Shown here: piece by piece, positions 48,309-57,197 of the stretch
Layout: each line of letters begins with the position of its first letter
How positions within the stretch are numbered: position 1 is the stretch's first letter
Origin: a virus
Virus record (IMG/VR): IMGVR_UViG_3300027972_000007
Span: 64,001-128,000 of that record
Length of the DNA stretch: 64,000 nucleotides
Direction: 5' to 3' (one strand)
Translations under genes and position numbers: made by a program
The notes under the pieces: generated by a model
Database searches by the model: none
The model's input: the letters and a program-made list of their open reading frames with translations, nothing else
Told to the model about the DNA's origin: nothing

Positions 48309-48387
48309 TTTTACTCCTCGCCGCACCTATAATCAGCGCAGCATTGCAGCCAACTATACAAAGTATGTAATAACTATATATGTATAT

Positions 48388-48585
48388 CTATTTCTTCTTT
48401 TCATTATAACTCAATATATTATCAACATTTACATGCATTTCTTTTAACATTTTAATTGCTGCTTTTTCTAAAAAATATGATAATGAACCACAAGACTTTT
48501 TACAACCTAATTTTTTAGAATTTAAACAACAAGTTTCAGTTAATTTACTATTCCACATAATTGTTGTCGTTTTTTTATTTATCAT
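48388..48585 (-). CDS. small protein, possibly ribbon-helix-helix-like
   Basis: TTTI strand then SLSYFLEKA helix; near-leaderless start. Confidence 0.55.
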   Translation of the reverse strand: MINKKTTTIMWNSKLTETCCLNSKKLGCKKSCGSLSYFLEKAAIKMLKEMHVNVDNILSYNEKKK

Positions 48586-48587
48586 AT

Positions 48588-48620
48588 TTATAATATATAT
48601 TATAATAAGAAATAAGTCAA
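48588..48620 (-). promoter_or_regulatory. phage early promoter family copy facing the cassette array
   Basis: TTGACT plus perfect palindrome. Confidence 0.85.
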
Positions 48621-48632
48621 GATAAAAATAAA

Positions 48633-49451
48633 TTATTTTCGGATTAATGACGCTATAATATCGTCATTTAAAATTTCTATCTTAACCATAGTTGTTGACA
48701 TTTCAACCCAATTAGCCTGTCCTGGTTGTATTATAACTGTTTTGCCAATATTAGTTTTCCATACGCCGGTAATAGAATAAGATTCATGAATGTGGCCACA
48801 TAATACTAATAATGGTTGAGTTTTTTCTATCCACTTATATATTGATTTCGAACCGACTCGTTTGCCATTAGAACAAACATCTAATTCCAATCCATGTGGT
48901 GGCTGGTGAATAGACATTATAGTTTTATTATCAACATTTATTTTATCTAAATCTTCTTCTATAGTTGTTCTCTCTCTAAAATATTTTTCTACGTCGTTTA
49001 TTATATAATAACCATTTTTATCAAAATCGCATGGCGTTCCAATATATGGTTCATTACATTTCCAACCAGAATAATCTAATTTGCATGCTGCTTTTAATCC
49101 GAACGGGTAATCTAATACATAAGGATACGATTTAAAATCGTATTCGCCATAATTAAAATATTTCATTTCGTCTAATAATTTACCATATTTTCTGAAATTT
49201 TCTTTCCAAACATACAAATCATCATTACCGAAAGATGTAAGAATTTCTATATCATTTCTTTTGCATGTTGTATAAAAATTCTTTAAAAATCCTTTAATAA
49301 ATTTCTTTTGAGTATTAAATATATCATTTCCTTTTGGCAATATATCTGCACCGAGATGAATTAAATTTATCTCATTTTCAATAGCAAAATTAAAAACATT
49401 TTCATAATGTTTTTCTTTGCCGTGCAAATCTGTAGCATATAAAAATTTCAT
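48633..49451 (-). CDS. calcineurin-like metallophosphoesterase
   Basis: TDLHG, GAD, GNDD, HQPP, GHIHE. Confidence 0.9.
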   Translation of the reverse strand: MKFLYATDLHGKEKHYENVFNFAIENEINLIHLGADILPKGNDIFNTQKKFIKGFLKNFYTTCKRNDIEILTSFGNDDLYVWKENFRKYGKLLDEMKYFNYGEYDFKSYPYVLDYPFGLKAACKLDYSGWKCNEPYIGTPCDFDKNGYYIINDVEKYFRERTTIEEDLDKINVDNKTIMSIHQPPHGLELDVCSNGKRVGSKSIYKWIEKTQPLLVLCGHIHESYSITGVWKTNIGKTVIIQPGQANWVEMSTTMVKIEILNDDIIASLIRK

Positions 49452-50272
49452 AATTTTTTTAACAGATTATCCCATAACCAATTTTCTGGTACTGTATATT
49501 TTTTTGCTTCTTCAAAATTTTCCTTAACATACTCTAATTTTTCATTATAATCTTTTTCGCTAATATTTTTTAAAATAACATCTAATTCATCTAATGTTCG
49601 AAAATGATAAAAACCATCTAAATTAAAAAATTTACCGATACTTGGGCAACCCCAATAAATAGGAATTACTCCTGTAACAAAACAATCAATAATTTTTTCA
49701 GTAAAATAATAATCAAAACTTCCATTTTCAACTACTATTTGATAACGATAATCTTTCAAAGCTTCCAACTTATACTCAATCTCTTTATATCCTCTTCCGG
49801 CAATAAAATCAATTTTATCTTTAAACTTTTCTATTATTTGATGTCTCAAAATATGACCGTCAGTATGTTTTTTATTACTAAAAATAACAGATAAATTTTT
49901 AGATTTTTCATATAATAACTGATCTTTTTCTTCAATCCAACAGCCTGAAGAAGGAATAAATTTAAAATTCATTCCGCGCTTTAAAATATCTCTATTATAC
50001 GTTAAAATATAGGTAAATTTTTGACTATTATTAAACAAAAAATCATAACCACTTCTATTAATATAAATCGGCTCAAAAATAGTTGCTATATTAATATCAC
50101 TTTTATTATTAATAGTATCTATTTCATGAATATGATTGCCAGTAAAAAAAGTTATTTTTTGTTTTGTATCAGTTCGATTCCAGATAAAGTTTTTTGGAAT
50201 AACTTTTAAATTGCCATTACTGATAGAATGTGTATGTGCAAAAGACGAATCTCTTAATCTTATTTCATTCAT
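49448..50272 (-). CDS. GT10 (alpha-1,3-fucosyltransferase-like) glycosyltransferase
   Basis: YRYQIVVEN...YFTEKIIDCFVTGVIPIYWG. Confidence 0.85.
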   Translation of the reverse strand: MNEIRLRDSSFAHTHSISNGNLKVIPKNFIWNRTDTKQKITFFTGNHIHEIDTINNKSDINIATIFEPIYINRSGYDFLFNNSQKFTYILTYNRDILKRGMNFKFIPSSGCWIEEKDQLLYEKSKNLSVIFSNKKHTDGHILRHQIIEKFKDKIDFIAGRGYKEIEYKLEALKDYRYQIVVENGSFDYYFTEKIIDCFVTGVIPIYWGCPSIGKFFNLDGFYHFRTLDELDVILKNISEKDYNEKLEYVKENFEEAKKYTVPENWLWDNLLKKL

Positions 50273-50300
50273 GTTTATTCTACTTCTTTAATTAATATTA

Positions 50301-50495
50301 TTACTGGACTTTTATCGTAAAATCAACAATATTTATTTTCATATTTTTAATCTGGGATAACCACCAATTTATCATTGTATCATATTCTTTATTACATTTA
50401 TCGCATATATGATATGTTTTAATTCCGCGATAAAGAATCGATATATTTTTCTCCATTTTTCTTCCACAACGATCACAAGTATAAGTTGCTGACAT
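50301..50495 (-). CDS. small Zn-ribbon protein
   Basis: CDRCG...CDKC; GGAGG RBS. Confidence 0.7.
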   Translation of the reverse strand: MSATYTCDRCGRKMEKNISILYRGIKTYHICDKCNKEYDTMINWWLSQIKNMKINIVDFTIKVQ

Positions 50496-50516
50496 TAAAA
50501 ACCTCCTAATTCTAAT

Positions 50517-51233
50517 TTATTTCAATTCCATAATTCTTTTAAAACAATCGTGTTGCAACGATACATTAACATCATGGTCATTTAAATTAGTTTCCAAGTT
50601 ATAAATATAATTAATATCTTCAGTATATAAAATTTTATCTTCTCCAGCCATTTCAATCATTGGAGTATATATAGCAGCATCGCCAGCCATTCGCCAATAA
50701 TAATTTGTTACTGGGTCTATTAATTTTTGTTTATCGATTTTTCTGAAAAGAAATGCTTTAAATGTTCTTAAATGAGATGACGACCATGATAATTTTCTTA
50801 ATTGATTAAATGGTTGCGGTTTTTTAGAAAAGCCTTTGATTATGCTATCCTTATTATTATATATTAAAAATTGCCCGAATGTCATTAAAATATTATTTTT
50901 ATAATAATTTACTATTCTATCAAAAACACTTTTATCATTTTCTGGCAACCAATCATCTAAATCAATAGAAACACAAACATCATCATCTTTTATTTCAGGA
51001 TTTTGTATTGTTTCATAATAATTGCCTGGTACATATAATTTTTTTGTATTACTGATTAAATTAAATCGTTTATCATTTTTAATTAAATCTTGCAAATACA
51101 ATTGGCTTCCATCATTCGAACAATCATCACGAATATATGCTTTCCAATCGCCATAATTCTGGTTTAAAATAGAATTTATGGTTCTATGAACGTATGAACT
51201 ATAATTATAGCCGCATAAAATTAATCGTAACAT
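50517..51233 (-). CDS. GT2 glycosyltransferase
   Basis: YN..SILNQ, DDCSNDGS, IDLDD; start moved to MLRLIL. Confidence 0.9.
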   Translation of the reverse strand: MLRLILCGYNYSSYVHRTINSILNQNYGDWKAYIRDDCSNDGSQLYLQDLIKNDKRFNLISNTKKLYVPGNYYETIQNPEIKDDDVCVSIDLDDWLPENDKSVFDRIVNYYKNNILMTFGQFLIYNNKDSIIKGFSKKPQPFNQLRKLSWSSSHLRTFKAFLFRKIDKQKLIDPVTNYYWRMAGDAAIYTPMIEMAGEDKILYTEDINYIYNLETNLNDHDVNVSLQHDCFKRIMELK

Positions 51234-51421
51234 TTTAATCCTTTTGAAAACAACCACGTAAAAAACTAATAACACCGAAAAGTAGTGCTAAAATAATACC
51301 AATCGTCCAAATTCCACCCTTCGTTGTTGCCTTGGTAACAACTCGCCTTATACTTTTTCCTGCATTTTCAAATCCATTATTAATTTTATCAAATAATATT
51401 ACATCCATAAATTAACTCCAT

Positions 51422-51613
51422 TTAATTCATTTTATCAAATAATATTTTTGCTTGTTCATATTCTTCTTTAGATACCATTTTTGGATTATTCATTCTTTCG
51501 ATAATTTTTTTAGCATCTTTCCCTTTTACTAATAAATCATTTCTATTATTAATTAAAAATTTCAAAATAATTAATAATAAAATTATCAAAATAATTTCAA
51601 ATATTAAAATCAT
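51422..51613 (-). CDS. small membrane-anchored protein
   Basis: N-terminal TM. Confidence 0.6.
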   Translation of the reverse strand: MILIFEIILIILLLIILKFLINNRNDLLVKGKDAKKIIERMNNPKMVSKEEYEQAKILFDKMN

Positions 51614-51804
51614 TCTACTAACAGATCATTTTCTTCTGCTCCGCCTTCTTCAATTTTATTAACCAAATCTAAAGGATTTTCTTGCCATTCATAACCACAA
51701 TTTTTGCATTTTCTTATCATTTTTTCTGAATTTCTATCATATCTCGTAAAAGCATCATTAGCACCACATTTAATACAACCTGAAAAATTTGAAAATAATT
51801 TCAT
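51610..51804 (-). CDS. small Zn-ribbon protein
   Basis: CIKCG...CKNCGYEW. Confidence 0.7.
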   Translation of the reverse strand: MKLFSNFSGCIKCGANDAFTRYDRNSEKMIRKCKNCGYEWQENPLDLVNKIEEGGAEENDLLVE

Positions 51805-51817
51805 TTATACCTCTTTT

Positions 51818-51825
51818 TATAAATA
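51818..51825 (+). promoter_or_regulatory. T4-type late promoter TATAAATA
   Basis: Exact consensus 20 nt upstream of the lone + strand gene. Confidence 0.55.
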
Positions 51826-51844
51826 ATTAAAAGGAGAAAAATAT

Positions 51845-52123
51845 ATGGAAAGTAATTTTAGTGCTGACGAAAATAAATCAAAATTAGCCGCAAATACTAA
51901 TCTAGTTAAATCTAAAAGTTTTATACTTTTCACGCTTGACGATATTACTAAAAATATCTCTGTTAATTTATATACTGATATGAATGCAATGGAATTTTCT
52001 GGTTTCATGCAATTCATAATTCGCAGCTGCGAAAATAGATTAGAGGAATTCATGAATGAAATAGAAAATACTGACAAAGACGATGAAAACATAGACGACC
52101 TTGACACTGAAAATTTTAACTAA
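51845..52123 (+). CDS. acidic hypothetical protein; lone + strand gene in the - block
   Basis: AAGGAG RBS; fills the gap between - strand genes. Confidence 0.75.
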   Translation: MESNFSADENKSKLAANTNLVKSKSFILFTLDDITKNISVNLYTDMNAMEFSGFMQFIIRSCENRLEEFMNEIENTDKDDENIDDLDTENFN

Positions 52124-52328
52124 TTTTATATTTTTTATTTGGGTTCGTTTTTCCTCTAAAAGAAAACAATGGACATAAAGTCGACGAACAATCTTTTGGG
52201 TTTGCATCAGGCATACAATCTGAACACATCAACTTTATTGCTTTTCTTGGCGAAACAACCATTTCAAATGTTTCGCCATTAATTTGCACCTTCGTGAGTG
52301 GTTTTATTTTTTTAACTACATCTGGCAT
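52116..52328 (-). CDS. small Cys-rich protein
   Basis: KAIKLMCSDC...C....CPL..FR. Confidence 0.75.
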   Translation of the reverse strand: MPDVVKKIKPLTKVQINGETFEMVVSPRKAIKLMCSDCMPDANPKDCSSTLCPLFSFRGKTNPNKKYKIS

Positions 52329-52353
52329 TTATTTCTCCCATTATATTTTTATA

Positions 52354-52386
52354 CTATAAAATATATTAATTAACATAAAAAGTCAA
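52354..52386 (-). promoter_or_regulatory. phage early promoter family, degenerate copy
   Basis: TTGACT...TATATTTTATAGT. Confidence 0.65.
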
Positions 52387-52389
52387 GGA

Positions 52390-52758
52390 TTATTTTTTAT
52401 ATATTTTTCTTTTAAATTCATTTCTATGTTTTGGGCAATATTTTGGATATATATAAGTTCCAGGAAAAATCTTAATGAGAAATTGCTCTTTACAACATTC
52501 ACAATTATAAATCAAAATTTGATTATCAATAAATGTATGTTTAATAATTTGATTATTTAATAATATATTTTCTTTAATTCCATTTAAATCTATTTTATGA
52601 TAAATTTCATTTTTGAATTCTTTTGTTCTATGTTTTGGACAATATTTTGCTGCGGTATGCTTCGAGGTAAATGTATTACCACAATTTGGATATATACACG
52701 TATATGATTTTTGTTTTCTTTCATGAACTTTTTTTGGTGTTTTCAATTTTATCTCCAA
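52390..52758 (-). CDS. tandem Zn-finger protein
   Basis: Two C..C...KYCPKHR repeats. Confidence 0.75.
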   Translation of the reverse strand: MEIKLKTPKKVHERKQKSYTCIYPNCGNTFTSKHTAAKYCPKHRTKEFKNEIYHKIDLNGIKENILLNNQIIKHTFIDNQILIYNCECCKEQFLIKIFPGTYIYPKYCPKHRNEFKRKIYKK

Positions 52759-52774
52759 ATTTTTAATTGTGTTT

Positions 52775-53326
52775 CTACAATTTTACATTACAAATATTAT
52801 CAACAACATTAATATTTTTATATTTTCTGGTATTATAATTATAACGTGTTTTTGAATTAGAAATCAGAAAAGTTTTAATACCTAAATCAACTGCAGATTT
52901 GCACTCTTTAGGATTATCGTCAATCCATATATCTAATTTTTCATTAATGAATTGAAATTTTTTTGGGCTGTCTGGATTAACAAAAATTATTTTATCAAAT
53001 CTATCAAAATAATTATTCAGCATTCTTTTTGTATCTAATCTAACTCTCGAATCTCTTGCAGAAATAACAACTAATGTATGTCCTTTTTTCTTCCACTCTT
53101 CTAATTTAGATTTAAGATTTTTAATTGGTTTAGTATATTTTTTGTTGCACATATAAATAGGATTTTTGTATCTGCGAAATACTTCTTCTCTAATAACATC
53201 AGGCACGCCAGTTAAATCCCATTTAATAATATCTTTTTTAGTATAATTGTAACCATGTTCTTTTGAAACACATTCAATTATATAATTATCAAACATGGTT
53301 CCATCAACGTCAATTCCAATAATCAT
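52775..53326 (-). CDS. HAD-family 5'(3')-nucleotidase-like protein
   Basis: IGIDVDGT, ISAR, WIDD. Confidence 0.85.
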   Translation of the reverse strand: MIIGIDVDGTMFDNYIIECVSKEHGYNYTKKDIIKWDLTGVPDVIREEVFRRYKNPIYMCNKKYTKPIKNLKSKLEEWKKKGHTLVVISARDSRVRLDTKRMLNNYFDRFDKIIFVNPDSPKKFQFINEKLDIWIDDNPKECKSAVDLGIKTFLISNSKTRYNYNTRKYKNINVVDNICNVKL

Positions 53327-53559
53327 TTTTTATCCTCGCGATCTCTAAACCATCTTTTACCTTCTTCATCGATTTCCATTCTAATATCTTCGCATGATAA
53401 ATTTTCTATTGCTTGTGCATAATGAGAAAATGCTTTTATAAATATTTCACCACATCTACCATAACTTGATAGTATATATTTAACATATTCGTATGCTAAA
53501 TTAGGCACATCTGATATTGGCGCATTAATTAATTCTAATGCTCTTTGTTCAGCCTTCAT
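53323..53559 (-). CDS. hypothetical protein
   Basis: Coupled ORF. Confidence 0.65.
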   Translation of the reverse strand: MKAEQRALELINAPISDVPNLAYEYVKYILSSYGRCGEIFIKAFSHYAQAIENLSCEDIRMEIDEEGKRWFRDREDKK

Positions 53560-53560
53560 T

Positions 53561-53833
53561 CTAATATGGGTCTCTTTCTCTCGTTAAGACTCTCGCTTGT
53601 TCTGTTAATGGCAGATTTTTTTTCCAAGCATGTTTACCATATTCGTTCATATAACACCATCCAACAATATCGAATGATTGTCTTTGAGTGGAACAGACAC
53701 GTTCTAATATTCCTTCATTACATTTTGGACATTTCAAATCTTTTGGTGGATGGAAATCTTCTGGTAATGAAAAACTATTATTATATTCTTTTTTAAAACC
53801 ACATTTAGGACACAAATAATCGTGAAAAGCCAT
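53561..53833 (-). CDS. FmdB-like Zn-ribbon protein
   Basis: DYLCPKCG...CPKC. Confidence 0.8.
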   Translation of the reverse strand: MAFHDYLCPKCGFKKEYNNSFSLPEDFHPPKDLKCPKCNEGILERVCSTQRQSFDIVGWCYMNEYGKHAWKKNLPLTEQARVLTRERDPY

Positions 53834-53964
53834 TCTAAAACTCCTTTATATAAACATTTCTTCACAGTATATATTTTTTGAATATTTATTTATTATACAA
53901 AATCTAAAAATTAAAAATAAAGCAATAAATAAACCAAATACAATTAAAAATATTCTTTTCATTT

Positions 53965-54366
53965 TTACCTCGTTTTCCCGTGTTCATACTTTTTAACTAT
54001 TTTTTCTATCTGTTCTTTAGTTAAAATTTCTAAATATCCTGGTAATTCTTTTTCTCCAATTTCATAATACTTCTTTATGCATTCTTTTTGTTCGTTATTA
54101 ATTTCTTTTTCTTTTTTAATATACTTAAAAAACTGTTTTCTTTTGGGTAAAAATGAACGAAAAAATTCATAATGAATATGATTTGGTATATTTTGAAACC
54201 TATTTATTTGATTTACTACTGGAACAAAAATATCAGTCATTGAAACAAAACGATTTATCATAAACTGCGAATATTCTTTTCTAATTTCGTCATTATCGAA
54301 ATCAAACATCTCTTTTGTTTCGGTCATGCCATTAAGAAAAGAAAAAATGTTAATTTTATTTTCCAT
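53965..54366 (-). CDS. clamp loader small subunit (T4 gp62-like)
   Basis: YSQFMINRFVS, LPKRKQF.KY; start moved to MENKI. Confidence 0.85.
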   Translation of the reverse strand: MENKINIFSFLNGMTETKEMFDFDNDEIRKEYSQFMINRFVSMTDIFVPVVNQINRFQNIPNHIHYEFFRSFLPKRKQFFKYIKKEKEINNEQKECIKKYYEIGEKELPGYLEILTKEQIEKIVKKYEHGKTR

Positions 54367-54388
54367 TAAAATTCCTATTTTTTTAATT

Positions 54389-54742
54389 TTACCCTGAATA
54401 AGCAACAAATTTATTTCCACACGCATTACATTTTAAAATAATTTTATACACTCCATAATACGACGAAAATTTTTGTGATTCGCCACATCTGCATACAATA
54501 TCACAATTTTTGTCTTTTTGAAATTTAATATTAAATCTATCTTCTATATCATTCAATAATTTTTCATAATACACAAACCAATTACGTTGATGTTCAAAAT
54601 ACACTATTCTATTTTTTTCATAATTTGGTGCATAAATTAATCCGTGTATTTCATAAAAACGATATTCTTTAGTTTTATATTTTTCATTTAAACAATTTTT
54701 CAAATAATAATTCCAAATATCTTTTCTAAAAACTGGTTTCAT
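54389..54742 (-). CDS. hypothetical protein, C-terminal Zn ribbon
   Basis: CRCG...CNACG. Confidence 0.7.
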   Translation of the reverse strand: MKPVFRKDIWNYYLKNCLNEKYKTKEYRFYEIHGLIYAPNYEKNRIVYFEHQRNWFVYYEKLLNDIEDRFNIKFQKDKNCDIVCRCGESQKFSSYYGVYKIILKCNACGNKFVAYSG

Positions 54743-54948
54743 ATTTTATCCTTATACTGATACATCCCTAAAAATCTTGGTAATTTTTCGTTACACCACT
54801 TTTTATATTCAACCATAGTGTCGAATATTCTTAAATTACAATCATCTAAAACTGGTCTATATGTTTTTATATACCCACTTTGAATTCTTTCTTTCATACT
54901 TCTCTGTAATGAAAGTTCGAATCTATTTATTTTTTCTTTGTCCAACAT
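54739..54948 (-). CDS. small protein coupled to nucleotidyltransferase (antitoxin-like partner?)
   Basis: Overlaps the 3' end of the NTase gene. Confidence 0.6.
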   Translation of the reverse strand: MLDKEKINRFELSLQRSMKERIQSGYIKTYRPVLDDCNLRIFDTMVEYKKWCNEKLPRFLGMYQYKDKI

Positions 54949-55423
54949 ATCTTAAAAAATCCTCTAATTCATCTATACTCAATATATCTTTTTTTCTATT
55001 TGCTGCCTTTTTACTTTTAATAATACCTTCTAAATTCAATAATGGGTATCCATCTTCAATAATTTTATATCTTTTGGCATCGTCATAACTATTAAACCCA
55101 TCTGGAGCAAAAACTATATCGAGTTGAAATGGTTTTTCGAACTGAATAAAATCTTTACCTCTAATTATATCAAGTTCAGTTAAAGTACTAATATCAAAAT
55201 TAAGTTTTTTTAATGCTTTTACTATTTTTTTATTATTTTCTAAATTTTTTTGAGGATATATATCAACATCTTGTGATGTATCTGGAAATCCTTGCATTAT
55301 TGCTGCACCTTTTCCAATAAACATATATTCAATTTGTAATTTATTGAAAACTTTTTTAATTTTTTCAATATTATTTACTATGTTATTTCTTTTATTTTCG
55401 AATAACCATTTTTTAAAATTCAT
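54923..55423 (-). CDS. Pol-beta-superfamily nucleotidyltransferase
   Basis: IGKGA...G...SQDVDI, KKAANRKKD; start moved to MNFKKWLFE. Confidence 0.8.
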   Translation of the reverse strand: MNFKKWLFENKRNNIVNNIEKIKKVFNKLQIEYMFIGKGAAIMQGFPDTSQDVDIYPQKNLENNKKIVKALKKLNFDISTLTELDIIRGKDFIQFEKPFQLDIVFAPDGFNSYDDAKRYKIIEDGYPLLNLEGIIKSKKAANRKKDILSIDELEDFLRYVGQRKNK

Positions 55424-55424
55424 G

Positions 55425-55973
55425 CTAATCTTCCATTGGCGAATTTTCGCTTCTATCATCTAAATAATATACTAATTCATTAACTCTATTCATCCAACCA
55501 TTTAAAAATACATTCAGTTTACTATTTTTCAAAACTATTTTTTCATAAAATTCTTTACGTAGTTTTATATATTTTATAATAATTTCATCTTCTTGATATT
55601 GTTTCATTTGTTGTAATGTTATATCTCCAATCAATCCATCATCTTTAGCGCCAATACATCTCTGTAATAATTTATTAGCTTGTCTAACTCCTAAATTAAC
55701 ACAAGTATCGAAATGGAATATTGCAACTTCCGGTTCCATTTTATCGCATTTGCCTTTTAACCAATATAATTGAAAATATATTGCACTAACTTCTAATTTA
55801 GTTATTTTTTTAACAGAATATGGTAATTGCCCTCTTTCTTTTCTAAATGAATCAAAAACGGATTGAGTAATTCCATAGTTTGTTGGACCGCCAGAATCGT
55901 TGGGATTATTTGTATAACCACCTTCAAATTTTAAAACTAATTCTAATGCTTCTGCAAATATACTTTTTTTCAT
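55425..55973 (-). CDS. GH108 lysozyme with peptidoglycan-binding domain
   Basis: EGGY, DSGGPTNYGIT, DGLIG, GWMNRV. Confidence 0.92.
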   Translation of the reverse strand: MKKSIFAEALELVLKFEGGYTNNPNDSGGPTNYGITQSVFDSFRKERGQLPYSVKKITKLEVSAIYFQLYWLKGKCDKMEPEVAIFHFDTCVNLGVRQANKLLQRCIGAKDDGLIGDITLQQMKQYQEDEIIIKYIKLRKEFYEKIVLKNSKLNVFLNGWMNRVNELVYYLDDRSENSPMED

Positions 55974-55996
55974 AATAATTTCTCGTCATTAAAATA

Positions 55997-56257
55997 TTAA
56001 TGCCCACAATATGGTAATCTTTCTCTATCTAATTTAGGTATTTTTTCTGCCCCAATTGGCTTTATTTTCATTAAAGCATACCAATTATTTAATCCTAATG
56101 TTTTTTTAGATTCTATTACTGACAATTGGCGATGAACCTCATCATAATGATATCTACCGCAACATCTGCATAAACCAGACCAGCCAGGATTAACAATAAC
56201 TGAAGCGAAATAACAACATTTATTTGGTTTAACAAATACTGATTTTTCTTTTTTCAT
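55997..56257 (-). CDS. hypothetical protein
   Basis: Coupled ORF. Confidence 0.6.
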   Translation of the reverse strand: MKKEKSVFVKPNKCCYFASVIVNPGWSGLCRCCGRYHYDEVHRQLSVIESKKTLGLNNWYALMKIKPIGAEKIPKLDRERLPYCGH

Positions 56258-56997
56258 GATTTAACCTTCAAATTTTCAATTAATTGAATAGTAAAAGGAA
56301 ACAGTATTCCTCTTTTAGTATATTTCTGTATTAATTTCTCTTTTCCTATTTTCCACTCGTCAGTTAATGATCCTAATCCTTCGCTTTTATGCTTTACTAA
56401 TATATCGGCAACTGCAACTTTATATTCGGTATTAATCAACATATCTAAACAAAAAGAAATATCATAAAAATTAAAATCAAATTGTTCATCAAATCTCATT
56501 CCATCCTTTAATATTTTTCCTCTAATCATTAACATTAATCCATCACAACATATTACATTATCGCTATAACCAATATTTCCCTTTATTAGATGTGTTTCTT
56601 CGTTATTGGAATGTTCTTGGACTATATGGCCAACTAATTTATCTGGCTCGTTAGCCCACCACATACAATTTTCTTTATATTCTAAACAACCAATAACTCC
56701 CAATAACCCAATTTTTGGATTACTGAAAACCATTTCAACTTTTTCTTCAAAACACTTATCTAATATTTCAACATCGTTATGTACAAAAATAACAATATCA
56801 TTATCATTTAAAGAATCTTTAATATGTTCGATTGCATCATTATATTTTTTTGTTAAAGTTAATGTTTCGCCTTCTTTATCAAAAACATCATAAGAAACAG
56901 TTTCTCTATTAGAAAAATATTTGCCAATATATTTTTCATATATTTCTTTATCGTCTTTATTTCTTGCAATTACAAATTTTATCATATTCTCATTCAA
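56254..56997 (-). CDS. GT-A glycosyltransferase
   Basis: YN.A, FVHNDV, GLLGVIG, FYDISFC. Confidence 0.85.
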   Translation of the reverse strand: MNENMIKFVIARNKDDKEIYEKYIGKYFSNRETVSYDVFDKEGETLTLTKKYNDAIEHIKDSLNDNDIVIFVHNDVEILDKCFEEKVEMVFSNPKIGLLGVIGCLEYKENCMWWANEPDKLVGHIVQEHSNNEETHLIKGNIGYSDNVICCDGLMLMIRGKILKDGMRFDEQFDFNFYDISFCLDMLINTEYKVAVADILVKHKSEGLGSLTDEWKIGKEKLIQKYTKRGILFPFTIQLIENLKVKS

Positions 56998-57197
56998 TCC
57001 TTTTTACATAATTCTTTTTCTAAAAAAATATTTGCATTAACCCAATCATAGAAAATTTTTATGTCATGAATTCCTTCACCTATAATTTTAATTGCTTGTT
57101 CGTAAGTAATTTTATATTTATAAGCAAATTGTTTCGTTTGTGTTATACCATAATTAATTTGATCTTCACTTAATTGTTTCATGATTACCTTAAACAC
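56994..57197 (-). CDS. hypothetical protein
   Basis: Coupled ORF. Confidence 0.6.
   Translation of the reverse strand: MFKVIMKQLSEDQINYGITQTKQFAYKYKITYEQAIKIIGEGIHDIKIFYDWVNANIFLEKELCKKD

Larger units (their letters stand above)
45940..48354 (-). mobile_element. integron-like gene-cassette array (7 cassettes, no integrase in window)
   Basis: GC-richer island; units start at GTT cores and end at matching ...AAC inverse cores, separated by long palindromes. Confidence 0.75.

Noticed and set aside
47714-48354. Diversity-generating retroelement TR/VR pair
   Set aside because: The duplicated segments are short cassette frames, and no reverse transcriptase is present in the window.
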